Positions 19,194 through 30,208 of a stretch of 64,000 nt of DNA are shown piece after piece. The translations under genes and the position numbers were made by a program. Position 1 is the stretch's first letter. Every line of letters begins with the position of its first letter. Source of the DNA: Candidatus Latescibacterota bacterium (lineage in GTDB: Bacteria > Latescibacterota > UBA2968 > UBA8231); NCBI GenBank assembly GCA_965223905.1, contig CBDCXV010000001.1, positions 1,024,001-1,088,000 of the forward strand, written 5' to 3'. The notes beneath the pieces are model-generated. The model searched no databases. It was not told where the DNA came from and saw only the letters and a list, made by a program, of their open reading frames with translations.

Positions 19194-19879
19194 GTGCTCA
19201 TCTCTCTGCTTCACTGCTCGAGGACCTGCTTCAAGGCTGCGACGGATTGCCGGGCTTTTTTTTCCCCGACTCCTCGAGCTCGCGGAGGTTTCTGCGAATA
19301 TCCTCGAGGCAATCGCGAATCTCGCGATCGAGCTCCTCGAGTCGGCGCCGGATCCAGTGTCGCGTCCCGGGAATTCCACATGCTTTCCGGCACCGATTCA
19401 TCCCGTGTTGCCGCGTTGCCTTCGCTCGCCGTACCTCGCCGTACTAGGCTGGTACGACGCCTTCGGGCTCCATGCGAGCCGCGAGTCCGGGGACCCGCAT
19501 TCCACGGGTCTTCCCAGGGGGGCGGCACGGGCAGGCATTCGCACAGGATTGAGGATTCGCTTTCATGTTCACGCTGGTGGGCTCGCTTTCGACCGGCAGA
19601 TGGTTTCCACCGTGAAACAGCGTTGACCCAGGCCGGGCAATGCAATCGGCATGCCTGACCGCGCTCCCCGGGGGAACACCGTGCAGGGATATAGTTGTAA
19701 CGACCTGTTTTACAGGGGGTTATGAAATATTATCGAGGATGCTTCGAGAGCGCGGCGACGCCCGGGGGAGTGGAACATTTTTCCGACCGGTTGCAGATCC
19801 TGCCGGGAAAAAGCTGCCGCCGGGACTTGCCTGGGAACTATTGGGGCCGCGTCGGGCCGACGCGGCCGTACGGCGAGGT

Positions 19880-20728
19880 TCAGTGTCCTTCCCCGTGGAG
19901 GGCGCTGGATTCGATGAAAAACAGTGCGTAGGCGAGGCCGATTCCCACGAGGAGAGACAGGATGAGCTTGCCGCGGTCGTGGCTGTGGAAATGTATCTCC
20001 GGCAGAAGGTCGCTCAGGGCAATGCAGAGGAAGGCACCGGCGGCGAAGGCCAGGGCATAGCCGACTACCACCCCTCCCTCGGAACCGAGCAATCCCACAC
20101 CGAGGAAACTCGCCAGGCCCACCAGGGGGCAGAGCAGGGCAAACGCGAGATTGGCCGCGGTTCGCGCGCGCCGGCTGTGACCGGCGGACTTCATCATGCC
20201 GACAATGGAGTAGGCGTCGAGGGGCTTGTGCAGCACAATGGCGAGGAATACCCCGAGTGCCGGCAGCACGCCTTCGTCTTCATGCGGCGAGCTCACCTGC
20301 ATGCTGGTGCCGAGGGCGACTCCTTCGGTTACGGTGTGCACCCCGAGGCCGAGGGCGACCCCGATCAGACTCCGCGACTGTATGCCGGAATCGCCGTGGT
20401 CGTGATGGTCGTAAAGATCGCTCGCTTCGTGGCTGAAGTCGTGCTGGTGAAAGTGGAAGATACGCAGCAGGAAAATCATCAGTACCATGCCGAATACCAC
20501 CCATGCCACGGCTATTTCTACCGTGTCAGGCCCGGAAATGCGCTCGAGGCTGTGGGGTAGCAGGTGAAACATGGCGATGCCGAGGATGAAGCCGGCCACC
20601 AGACTCATCACGACTTGGGTGCGTGTGTGCGTCATGGCACCCAAGACCGCTAACTTCCCGCCGAGCAAGGAAGCGGCAAAGATAGCGGCTGAGTAGGCCG
20701 ACAAAACTAGTAGAGCGTTTGCATCCAT
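19880..20728 (-). CDS. ZIP family divalent metal transporter
   Basis: HLLPH, His-rich loop HFHQHDFSH..HHDH, HTVTEG, LHKPLD, DLLPE. Confidence 0.9.
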   Translation of the reverse strand: MDANALLVLSAYSAAIFAASLLGGKLAVLGAMTHTRTQVVMSLVAGFILGIAMFHLLPHSLERISGPDTVEIAVAWVVFGMVLMIFLLRIFHFHQHDFSHEASDLYDHHDHGDSGIQSRSLIGVALGLGVHTVTEGVALGTSMQVSSPHEDEGVLPALGVFLAIVLHKPLDAYSIVGMMKSAGHSRRARTAANLAFALLCPLVGLASFLGVGLLGSEGGVVVGYALAFAAGAFLCIALSDLLPEIHFHSHDRGKLILSLLVGIGLAYALFFIESSALHGEGH

Positions 20729-20924
20729 GATGGCTATAACCGGAAACTAGCTGGGCAGCCGGCGATCGCGGTGTCTGCTGGGGTCAATTTCTTCTTGTAT
20801 AGCGCGACCTTATCTGAGGTATTATACAAAAGGTCGCTATCGAGCTCAGTCTTGGCCACCACTGCGGGCACACCCTGACGGGACGCGGTGCCACCAGACA
20901 GGGTGTCATTCATTTGTAATCTCC

Positions 20925-22302
20925 CTGGACTCTTGCAAAACGCTCAATTATAGGGTGATTGTCGGATGGCTGAGGTAGCACGAACCCGATCGAATCTTGG
21001 TATTTTGGTAGAAACGAAGGCATCCCCCGCCTTCGTCTCCCCTGGCCATGAGAGAGGTCGTTCATGCCAGGCATTGTTGCATTTCCCACCGTGGTCGAGG
21101 AGGCGCTGAAGGAGTTTGGCGGGCTGTTTGCCAACGCCCCGGAGCGCCGGCATTTTGGCGAATACCTGACCGGGCTTCTGGTGGCGGCGCGCAAAAACGT
21201 ATCGGCGATCAACGCCGAGTTTGTCGACACCACGGACCAGTCCTGCCTGGATCGCTGGATTACGCAGGTGCCTTGGGATGAAAAGCAGCTCAACGAACAT
21301 CGGTTGGACTGGTTGCAGAGCACCCCTCGACGCGCTATTCGGCGCGCGGGGTGATCGCCATCGACACCTTGGTCGGACACAGCGGAGAGAAGATCGAGGA
21401 TGCGGGTTGGTTTTGGGATCACTCCGACAAGCGCCATATGATTGCCCACGACTACGTGATCGCCAACTACGTGTGTACGTCAGGGAAACACTATCCGTTG
21501 GAGTTCCGTCGCTTTCGCAAGCGCTAAGAGGGCGAGACGGCCACGTTTTTCAAGAGCCATACCGAGCTGTTCAAAGAGCTGGTGGATTGGGTCGTGTGCC
21601 GACAGATCCCGGGCGATTTCGCCTTTGACTGCTACTTCAGCAGTGTCGACAGTCTTGATCATATCCACCGTCATGGGCGCGGCTACGTAGGGGTCCTGAA
21701 GAGCAACCGCAAGGTCACGTTCCAGGGCCGCGTGATGACGACCGCGCAAGTGGCTGCGAATATCCCACCCGAGGATCGCAAACGGGTCTGCATCGGCGAG
21801 CGCAAACAATGGTATTTCACCCGCACCCTGCGTCTGCCCAAGCTCGAGCACCGGGTTCGCTTGGTGATTCTGTGGGATCGAAAGAACGGCAAGGAAGCGG
21901 TCGAGTTTCTACTCACCAATCGGGTGCACTGGGAGATCAGTCGTATACTGAACGTGTATCGCAACGCTGGACAGGCATCGAGACCTTTCATCGGGACAGC
22001 AAGCACTATCTGGGCATGGGAGACTGTCAGTTACGCAGCGGCGAGGGCCAGGCCCGGCATATGCACCTCGTGATGCTGACGCACAGTCTGCTGACGGCAC
22101 AGATGCGGCAGGGCCGTGCGCGTGACTGGGCTCATACCGTGCTGACGACCATCGGCGAAGCCTGTCGAGCCGTGGCGCGAGAAACGCTCAGTAAAACCAA
22201 CTCCTGGGCAGTCGACCAAGCCACAACAGTAGGGTGGACTGAGCAGAGAATTGTCGCCTATATGAAACTCGGGTAAAAAAAGTGGAGTTTGCAAAAGTCC
22301 AG
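20925..22302 (+). mobile_element. IS701-family-like insertion sequence, degenerate
   Basis: Terminal IRs CTGGACTCTTGCAAA / TTTGCAAAAGTCCAG (14/15). 6-bp direct repeat ATCTCC at 20919-20924 and 22303-22308. Confidence 0.8.
21064..22276 (+). pseudogene. DDE transposase pseudogene (IS701-like)
   Basis: Fragments in different frames: HFGEYLTGLL..RKNV, VIAIDT, AFDCYFSS, LKSNRKV, RW.IETFHRD.K..LG. Confidence 0.82.
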
Positions 22303-22336
22303 ATCTCCCACGGCATCTTACAGGAGGGCAAGCGGT

Positions 22337-23172
22337 ATGCACATGCACGCAGAACCCAATGAAAAAATGAGACTCCGGGAAGCTACGGCCATTATCACTG
22401 CCGGTGGCGTCACAAACGGCATACTGGGAGTCGTAAAAATCGGCCTCGGCAGCTTTACCGGCTACCTTCCACTGACGGCTTCAGGGATCCACTCGCTGTC
22501 GGACATTGTATCCGATGTCGTCGCTTGGGTCGCCGTGCGGATGGGATCGCACTCTGAGAAACAGGGGGAGGATATACGGTTCCACTACGGCCGCCGTCGC
22601 ATCGAAACCCTGCTGGCGTTTTTTGCTGCGTTCCTCCTCGCGTATGTTCTTTCTCGTCGGTGGGGTGATTATCATTTCAGTGATTGCTAAGGAAACACTC
22701 TTCCGCGTGACTCGGCGCAAGGGCATACGCCTGAACAGCCCCATGCTGATTGCGAAAGCATGGCATCATCGGGCCGATTCCATCAGCGCCTTGGCCGTCC
22801 TACTGAGCATTTTCATTTTCTCCTGTTTTCCCGCCCTCGCGTTGATTAATCCGGTCACCACGGTCGTGATCGCGGGCCTGATCCTGCACAGTGCTTGGGA
22901 AGTTGGGAGCAACGCGGTCAAAGAGCTGATAGATTTCGCGCCTTCGCTAGAGACGATAGCCCTAATCGAGGAGATGGCAGAAGAGGTACAAGGGGTGACG
23001 TTTACTCACAACCGCGGAAACCGACCCAGAGCTCACGGTAGCAGAAGGGTTCGCCGTCGTTAAGCAGATCCGCGAGAAGATAATGGATAAAGTGCCCAAT
23101 GTGATCGACGTCGCCACCCTGCTGACGCCGAAAGGCGAGTACATACGGCAGTTTATGGGGTCGGAAACGTAA
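22337..23172 (+). pseudogene. Cation diffusion facilitator (FieF/CzcD-like) pseudogene
   Basis: HSLSD, FHYGRRRIETL, AWHHRADS and LTVAEG..IREKI lie in different frames with apparent internal deletions. Confidence 0.82.
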
Positions 23173-23648
23173 ATTATTGGTGTGGTGGGAAGATGACGCC
23201 CCGCAAGAAACGACTGCGGATCAGGTATTCCCACACCTATCGCCCGTGCTGGATCGGAAACGCATATTGAGCAGCATATCCTCGTAGCCGCTGCGCAGGG
23301 CACCGGCCCGGAAGCGCCAAACGATCAGGGCAATGAGGAGCAAGGCGCTTCCCCATTGCAGAAGTTGGATGGCCGGCGAATGGGAGGCGTCGAGGTAGGT
23401 TCACGGAGATCGTCAGACCAGCGGCCAGCAGTAGCGCGTCGATCGCGATGCCGAGGACGACCGTAACCGCGATGACTGCGGCGACGTAGATGGATGCGAA
23501 GCGGGTGCCGAACTGGCTGACGATGATTGCGATGGTGCCCGTGTTGGTGGCCGGTCCGGTCATGAGGAAAATCAACGCCGTGCCGGGGCTGACTCCCTTG
23601 GCCACTAGCGCGGCCGCGATCGGGGTACTGGCGGAAGCGCAGAATAGA

Positions 23649-25197
23649 CCCTAACGTTGCATAAATCTGTTTGAAGCGGTGGTTGTGATCAGGCGGCTTC
23701 CTTCAGGATTTCGAGGAAATGCAACAGATCTTTCTCGACTTTTGGATTGGAGTTCAGGGTCAGGGTCAACTCGCCCTTGGGCTGAGTGAGGCGCCCGGCG
23801 CGTTGAATGAAGCGATGACGCAGCGTGTCCAAGGTTTGGAAGGTCCACGCCGCCGGCCGTTTGGCGCGCGAATAGTTCGATCGCGGCTGCGCCAGCATCT
23901 GCATTTCGCGTCCCAGATTGTGGGCCATCATCGCACACAAAGTAACCATCTGGTTGCCGAGCAACCGTCGGGTGGGGATCAGATCCAGCCCGGCCTGTTG
24001 CTTGGCCTCGGCGAAGATCCCTTCCTGGGCGCCGCGGCCATAGTGGAAGAGGAGCACGCTGCGTGGCGAGTTCATCTTGTTGGTAACCACAACGCGGTAC
24101 TCGTGATCGATGTGCCGGGGTTCGAACAGATCCAGTTGCAGCGCTTGCTTGGTCTGACGCGGCACCGCACGGCGCACAAACAGAAACCGGTAGCAGGCCG
24201 GCCAGCTTTCCGGTTTCCAGTCACTCTCGAAATAGGAGCAGTGCTCATCGAGGTAGCGCCAGCGCTGGCGCGCTTCGATCTGGTCCTTGAGTACGGGAAA
24301 GCGTTCGAAAGGGACACTGATCGTGCATCCGACGCCATACAGGTCCATGAGAGTGAGCGTGTTTTGGCTGAAGAAGGCGCTGTCCAGTCGCGACTCGAGC
24401 ACGGTGGGCGCCAAGGCGTCGCGCACGCGATCGAAGGCGTCCATCATGAACGCATGGGCGTCCTTGCTGTCATGGACGTTGCCGGGCCGGTGAAGGACAT
24501 CCAGAAACTGTCCGGTTTGCGCCACCGTGCAGAACAGGTTGTAGTAGCTGCGCGCCCCCTTCTTTTTCGGATTATAGCCAACGGCGGTCCCTTCGGCATG
24601 ACCACAGGTGGAGATCACCGAGCCGTCGAAGTCGAGAGTCAGACGGGGGAAGCGCTCACGCTGGAGCGCTTGCATGACCAGGGTCGAAGACAGGTGTCGC
24701 ACTTTTGCGATACTTGAATGGCCCATTTTTGCCAGCGCGCGACTGAGGGTGGCCACATCCGGCAGGCGACGTAAGCCCAACAAACGCAGGACCACCGGAT
24801 CGTCCCGGTAATAGTCCACGTCCCGCAGCCGCCGGAAGCCCAGCAACAGATGCACGATGAGCAACAACACAATGACATGGGGAGCAAAGGTCGCTGCGCT
24901 TTTGGCGGGGAAGCAGGACTTCAGTCGAGTCTTTAGATCCAAGCGCCGAAAGAGCAGTTGAAAAACGATCACTCCCGCAAAGGAAGTAAGCCGTTGATCT
25001 TCGAAGCGAAGACGCGGGAGCTTGTGAAAACGGGCCAAAATGTCTTGTTTTCTGAACCTCACTTGCGGTGTCCTCCTGGAAGGGGTCGATACAGGTCATG
25101 GGTGACCGTATCAAATACCCCCTTTTTCAGAGGGCGCCGCAAGTGACAAGGTGCACTCCGGAGAAGAAAAAAGCCCTGTTTTTATGCAACCAGAGGG
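23649..25197 (-). mobile_element. IS1380-family insertion sequence, copy 1 (1549 bp)
   Basis: IRs CCCTAACGTTGCATAAA / TTTATGCAACCAGAGGG (14/17). TSD TAGA at 23645-23648 and 25198-25201. Confidence 0.92.
23689..25062 (-). CDS. IS1380-family DDE transposase
   Basis: LTSFAG, PDVATLSR, TLDFDGS, RPGNVH, RLDSAFF, YGRGAQEGIFAEAK. Confidence 0.9.
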   Translation of the reverse strand: MRFRKQDILARFHKLPRLRFEDQRLTSFAGVIVFQLLFRRLDLKTRLKSCFPAKSAATFAPHVIVLLLIVHLLLGFRRLRDVDYYRDDPVVLRLLGLRRLPDVATLSRALAKMGHSSIAKVRHLSSTLVMQALQRERFPRLTLDFDGSVISTCGHAEGTAVGYNPKKKGARSYYNLFCTVAQTGQFLDVLHRPGNVHDSKDAHAFMMDAFDRVRDALAPTVLESRLDSAFFSQNTLTLMDLYGVGCTISVPFERFPVLKDQIEARQRWRYLDEHCSYFESDWKPESWPACYRFLFVRRAVPRQTKQALQLDLFEPRHIDHEYRVVVTNKMNSPRSVLLFHYGRGAQEGIFAEAKQQAGLDLIPTRRLLGNQMVTLCAMMAHNLGREMQMLAQPRSNYSRAKRPAAWTFQTLDTLRHRFIQRAGRLTQPKGELTLTLNSNPKVEKDLLHFLEILKEAA

Positions 25198-25763
25198 TAG
25201 AGGGGAATGCCGATCAGCACCATGACCGGATAGGACAGCCAGCGGGCATACTCGTTCGCCATCAGGTCGCTCGGAAGCGCCAGAAAGAGCACGCCGCCTA
25301 GAGCGACCCCCACCAGTAGTGCAAAGAGCATGTCGTCCGCTATCTCAATGAAGCCATAGAGAAAGACGTGCCTGACCAGCTTCTTGAAGTCCAAATCCCG
25401 ATCGTCGGTGGGTGCGTCGCCCGAAGAAGACCTGCCAGCAATTCCCTTCAACCAGTTGACCAATAACACCTTTAGTTGCGCGGGACTGACGTAGCAATCA
25501 TCCCTGTCGGCTATGAGGGCTTGGTGCGAGCCATGATCGTGGTCGCAGTCGTGGCAGTGGTCGTGGTCGCTCGCCTTGGCTTCGTCGCGGTCGTCTTTTA
25601 TGAGGCCAATGCAAAAGATCCCGGCGACGACTGCGGTGATGAAGCTGATGACGGGCCGGACAATGGCAACGACGAAGCCGAAGAAGGCATTGGTGACTAA
25701 AATTGAGTCCGCGCCTGTCTCCGGCGCGGTTATGCGGAAATTTTGGTCGAGACGCCTGATTAG

Positions 25764-28700
25764 TTAGAAGGCCACTTCTTCCCGTTCCGCCAAAAGCTCT
25801 TCCGCCTCTCCGCGATTCAGTTGCACGGCAAACCACTTGTAGAGCGCCGGCAGCACTAGCAAGGTCAACACAGTCGAACTGACCAAGCCCCCGACGACTA
25901 CCGTAGCTAGCGGTCGTTGTACTTCGCTGCCGGTGCCGCTCGAGAACAACAGCGGAAGCAGGCCGAGGGCGGTCGTCAGGGCGGTCATCAGCACCGGCCG
26001 CACCCGCAGACATGCACCCTGGATCGAGGCCTCGTCCAGGTCGACGCCGTCGCGGACCAGCTGGTTGAAGTAGGTCACCATCACCATGCTGTTTTCCAGG
26101 GCGATTCCGAACAGGGCGATGAAACCGACCGATGAGGGCACCGACAGGTTCTGTCCGGTCAACCACAGGGCCACCACCCCGCCGACCAGGGCCAGGGGGA
26201 TGTTGAGCAGGATGAGAATCGCGTTCTTCAGCGAATTGAAGCTGGAAAACAGGAGCAGGAAAATCACGAAGAGAGTGATGGGCACGACGATGGCCAGGCG
26301 CTTGTTGGCCTCCTGCTGCAGTCGGAACTGGCCGCCCCAGGTCACGAGGTAGCCCGGGGGCAGCGCCACCCGGTCTTCTAACGCGCCCTGGGCCTCCTCG
26401 ACGAAAGAGCCGATATCCCGGTCGGTGACGTTGCACTGAACCGTGATGAAGCGCTGGCTCTTTTCCCGGGTTATCTGGCGCGGCCCCACTACCTCTTCGA
26501 TCCGGGCCAGCTGAACCAGGGGGATCCGGACGCCCATTGGGGACTGGACCAGGATCTGGGCGATGGCCTCGGGACTGCTGCGGAATTGCGGGGCGAAGCG
26601 CACCAGGATGTCGAAGCGGCGAATCCCTTCGAACACCTGTCCTACCATCTCTCCGCCGACGGCCGCCCGAACCACCTTCTGCACGTCGGCGACGTTGACG
26701 CCGTATCGGGCGATGGCCTGGCGGTCGACGCGGATGAGCAGCTGGGGGGTGCCGCTGATCTGGTCGACCTGGACATCGGCCGCCCCCGTGACCGTGTCGA
26801 CCACCTGGGCGATTTCGTTCGCCTTCTGTTTCAGCACCTCGAGATCGTCCCCGAAGAGCTTGATGGCCAGCTCTGCCCGCACCCCTTCGAGCAACTCGTC
26901 CACGGTCATGGCGATCGGCTGGGTGAAGTTCGTCAGCACACCGGGAATCTCCCCCAGCTCGGCGCGAATGGTCTCCTGCAGCTCTTCCTGGTTTCGAGCC
27001 TCGCGCCACTGGTCCCTTGGCTTGAGCAGGAGAAACATCTCGGCGCTGTTGATGGGGTCGGTGTGGGCCCCGACCTCGCCGCGGCCGATGCGGGAAACCG
27101 CGCCGGAGATCTCGGGGATTTTCAGCAGGCGGCGCTCGACCAGCAGGGTGATGCGGGTGCTCTCCTCGAGCGAGATGGAGGGGGCCATGGTCAGCCTGAG
27201 GACCATGGTTCCCTCCTGCAGCGCCGGAGTGAACTCCGACCCCAGGCGCGGGAAGATCGCCAGCCCGACAAGGAGAAGGATGCCTGCCGACCCCAGGGCC
27301 CAGAAGCGGTGGGCGACGAAACGAGCGACCATGGGTCGATAGGAGGCCACGAGGTGGCGCATCATCCAGCCTTCGCCGGCTGGTGCGCCCTCGCCCCTGG
27401 ATTTGGGTGAGCGCAGCAACAGGTTCGACAACACCGGGGCGAGGAAGAGGGCGAAGACCAGAGAGCCCAGCATCGCCATGGCCACGGTGTAAGCCAGGGG
27501 CCGGAAGGTCTTCCCCTCCACCCCCTGGAGGGTGAACAGGGGCAGGAAGACGAGAATGATGATGAGGATGGCGAAGACGATGGGACGGCCGACTTCCACG
27601 CAGGCGCGGGCAACAGCCTGGATGCGTCCCTCGTCCGCTTCGCCCTGCCGCAGGATGCGGTCGACGTTCTCGACCACGACGATGGTGCCGTCGACCATCA
27701 TGCCGATGGCGATGGCCAGGCCGCCGAGGGACATGAGGTTGGCCGAGATGCCGAAACAGTGCATGCCGAGGGTGGCGAACAGGACGGAGAAGGGAATGGA
27801 GAGGGCCACCACCAGACTTGGCCTGGCGCTGCCCATGAACAGGATCAACACCAGCGTGACCAGGACGATGCCCTGAATCAGGGCGTTGGTGACCGTGGCC
27901 ACGCAGGCCGCCACCAGGGTCTTCTGCTCGTAGTAGGGAACGAGGCGCACCCCGTCGGGCAGAATGCGGTTGATCTCTTCCATCTTCGCTTCGACCCGCT
28001 CGATCACGGTCGAGGAATTGGTGCCGAAGAGCTTTATCACCATGCCGGCAACCACTTCTTCCACGCCGTTGCGGGTCTGCACGCCGCGCCGGATCGCCCC
28101 GCCGATGCCCACCTCGGCAACCTGGTCGAGGAAGATGGGCGTCCCGTCGGCGGCCTTGATGACGATGTTCTCGATGTCGGCGACCGTGGAGGCCAGGCCC
28201 ACCGAGCGCACGACGTATTCCTCGGCGTCCTTCTCTATGAACTGGGCGCCGACGTTGAGGTTGTTGGCTTCGATCTGCTCGATGACGTCGTGCAGGGTCA
28301 CCCCGTATCGCAACAGGGCGTGGGGATCGACCACTACGTGAAACTGTTTCTTGTGGCCGCCGATGCCGAGGACCTCGGTGACTCCCGGAACGGTCTGCAG
28401 GTGGAACTTGACCAGCCAGTCCTGGATCGTGCGCAGCTCTTCGAGCGAGTGCTCCCCCGTCGTGTCTTCGAGGTAGTAGAAGAGCACCAGCCCCATGCCG
28501 GTCGAGATCGGCCCCAGCGCCGGTTCGCCGAACCCTTCCGGGATCTGTTCCCGGGCTTCCTGGAGCCGTTCGTTGACCAGCTGGCGGGCGAAGTAGATAT
28601 CCATTCCGTCTTCGAAGTAGATGTTGACGACAGAGAGGCCGAAGTTTGAAACCGAACGGATATTCTCGATGCCGGGGAGGCCGTTCATCACCGTCTCGAT

Positions 28701-28904
28701 GGGATAGGTGACGTAGGTTTCGATCTCTTCCGGGGCCAGGCCCTCGGTGAGGGTGAATACCTGCACGAGGTTGGGGGAGACGTCGGGAAAGGCATCGACA
28801 GGAAGCTGCCGGTAGCTGTAATAACCGCTCCCCACCACCACCGCTCCCAGGACCAGCATGAGCAGCCGGTTGCGCAGCGACAGCTGAATGATGCGGTCTA
28901 CCAT
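25764..28904 (-). CDS. czcA: CusA/CzcA heavy-metal efflux RND transporter
   Basis: 1046 aa. DAFPDVS, VTYPIE, ANLMSLGGLAIAIGMMVDGTIVVVEN, EGKTFRPLA, RPVLMTA, GSEVQRPLA. Confidence 0.93.
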   Translation of the reverse strand: MVDRIIQLSLRNRLLMLVLGAVVVGSGYYSYRQLPVDAFPDVSPNLVQVFTLTEGLAPEEIETYVTYPIETVMNGLPGIENIRSVSNFGLSVVNIYFEDGMDIYFARQLVNERLQEAREQIPEGFGEPALGPISTGMGLVLFYYLEDTTGEHSLEELRTIQDWLVKFHLQTVPGVTEVLGIGGHKKQFHVVVDPHALLRYGVTLHDVIEQIEANNLNVGAQFIEKDAEEYVVRSVGLASTVADIENIVIKAADGTPIFLDQVAEVGIGGAIRRGVQTRNGVEEVVAGMVIKLFGTNSSTVIERVEAKMEEINRILPDGVRLVPYYEQKTLVAACVATVTNALIQGIVLVTLVLILFMGSARPSLVVALSIPFSVLFATLGMHCFGISANLMSLGGLAIAIGMMVDGTIVVVENVDRILRQGEADEGRIQAVARACVEVGRPIVFAILIIILVFLPLFTLQGVEGKTFRPLAYTVAMAMLGSLVFALFLAPVLSNLLLRSPKSRGEGAPAGEGWMMRHLVASYRPMVARFVAHRFWALGSAGILLLVGLAIFPRLGSEFTPALQEGTMVLRLTMAPSISLEESTRITLLVERRLLKIPEISGAVSRIGRGEVGAHTDPINSAEMFLLLKPRDQWREARNQEELQETIRAELGEIPGVLTNFTQPIAMTVDELLEGVRAELAIKLFGDDLEVLKQKANEIAQVVDTVTGAADVQVDQISGTPQLLIRVDRQAIARYGVNVADVQKVVRAAVGGEMVGQVFEGIRRFDILVRFAPQFRSSPEAIAQILVQSPMGVRIPLVQLARIEEVVGPRQITREKSQRFITVQCNVTDRDIGSFVEEAQGALEDRVALPPGYLVTWGGQFRLQQEANKRLAIVVPITLFVIFLLLFSSFNSLKNAILILLNIPLALVGGVVALWLTGQNLSVPSSVGFIALFGIALENSMVMVTYFNQLVRDGVDLDEASIQGACLRVRPVLMTALTTALGLLPLLFSSGTGSEVQRPLATVVVGGLVSSTVLTLLVLPALYKWFAVQLNRGEAEELLAEREEVAF

Positions 28905-28926
28905 CGGCCTGCCCTTCCTCCGCCAA

Positions 28927-30120
28927 TCAGTGGGCGTGGCTTTCGCCGAATGCGCCCTTCTCCAGCTGGGCTTTCAGAACGAAGGCGCCTCGGGAGACAA
29001 AAGGCTGTCCCAATTCCAGCCCGGAGAGGATCTCGGCATGGGTGGGGTTGGCGCGGCCGACCTCAACGGGTTCGGGCGCAAATCCCTCGTCGGTCTCGAC
29101 AAAGACGACGGGGTGGTCTTCCAACATCTGGATGGCGGACCTTGGCACCAGGAGCGGCACGTCTATTCCCTCTACATCGATGGTGGCCGTGACAAAGGAG
29201 CCGGGCCGCCAATTGCCGTCCCGGTTGGGGAGCACGGTCCGAACCGTAGCTGTCCGCAGCATCTCGTTGATTATCGGGCTGATATAGTCCACAGTCCCCG
29301 TCGTTGAAGGGCCGCCCTGGCTGCCTTGGACATGGACGGTCTGGCCGACCCGCAGGAACGGCAGGTCCTTCTGATATGCCGTCAACAGAACCCAGACCGA
29401 ACGCAGGTCCGCCACGACGAAGGCCTCGAAATCCTCTTTCAGCACTTCACCCTGGGTTATGTGCTTGTAGATGATGGTCCCTGCGAAGGGGGCCCTTATT
29501 TCGTAGCGGGTAAAGCGTTTGTCGTCCTCGAAGGAGAGCTTCTCCAGGTAGGCCGCAGAATAGCCGAGGGCCCTCAGCTTCTGTTCGGCCACTCGCAGGT
29601 CGATCCGCGTTTCCGCCAGCCTGGTTCTGGCTTCGAGGAAAACCCGCTCCGAAGAGATGGACTGGGTCCACAGGGTTTCTTCCCGGTCGAAGGTTGCCTG
29701 GGCCAGCTCGAGGCGCTCCTGGGCCACCAGGTAGGCCGACATCATCTCGGACAGCTCCTGGCTTTCGAGAACGGCCAGGACCTCGTCCTGCTTCACCCGG
29801 TCGCCGATGTTGGCGTGGATCTCGGTGGCCACTCCCGGTACTCGGGGAACGATGTGAGCCAGCAGATTCGGATTCACCTGCACTTCTCCGGGAGTACTCA
29901 CCTGAACTGCCAATTGTCCCGAAGCGGCTTTCGCGACCTCGATGCCGAATTCCGCCCGTTCCGCCGCGCTCAGCCGTACCCTCTCCTCGGAGTTCTCGTG
30001 GTCCTCGGCAGCCCAGGCCGGCCGGTTCCAGGGAGAAAAGGCAGCTCCCTCTCCAAGCGCGAAGAGACCTGCCAGCAAACCTGTGATTCCCAGGCTCGTC
30101 GTGTAGATGCGCATTCTCAT
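28927..30120 (-). CDS. czcB: CzcB-like RND periplasmic adaptor
   Basis: Likely start ATG 30120. IVPRVPG, GDRVKQDEVLAVLES, IRAPFAGTI, VADLRSVWV, WRPGSFV, C-terminal HAH. Confidence 0.88.
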   Translation of the reverse strand: MRMRIYTTSLGITGLLAGLFALGEGAAFSPWNRPAWAAEDHENSEERVRLSAAERAEFGIEVAKAASGQLAVQVSTPGEVQVNPNLLAHIVPRVPGVATEIHANIGDRVKQDEVLAVLESQELSEMMSAYLVAQERLELAQATFDREETLWTQSISSERVFLEARTRLAETRIDLRVAEQKLRALGYSAAYLEKLSFEDDKRFTRYEIRAPFAGTIIYKHITQGEVLKEDFEAFVVADLRSVWVLLTAYQKDLPFLRVGQTVHVQGSQGGPSTTGTVDYISPIINEMLRTATVRTVLPNRDGNWRPGSFVTATIDVEGIDVPLLVPRSAIQMLEDHPVVFVETDEGFAPEPVEVGRANPTHAEILSGLELGQPFVSRGAFVLKAQLEKGAFGESHAH

Positions 30121-30208
30121 ACTCTCCGGGGATGGATGAGGACTCCTGTGGGATCGAGGAGAGGGCGCCAGGGATTCACGATTCAGCCTTCCCCCGCAGC
30201 GGCTCCAT

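Larger units (their letters stand above)
23221..25733 (-). pseudogene. DUF318-type (ArsP/SO_0444-like) metal permease, 5'-truncated, frameshifted and IS-interrupted
   Basis: TAPETGADS, His/Cys-rich DHDHCHDCDHDH, IGIPLY|IS|CASASTPIAAALVAKGVSPG..FLMTGPATN. No start codon after the czcA stop. Confidence 0.8.

Noticed and set aside
25498-28926. 1142-aa alternate-frame ORF and many antisense ORFs
   Set aside because: They overlap well-supported genes and have the Arg/Gly/Pro bias typical of high-GC shadow ORFs.
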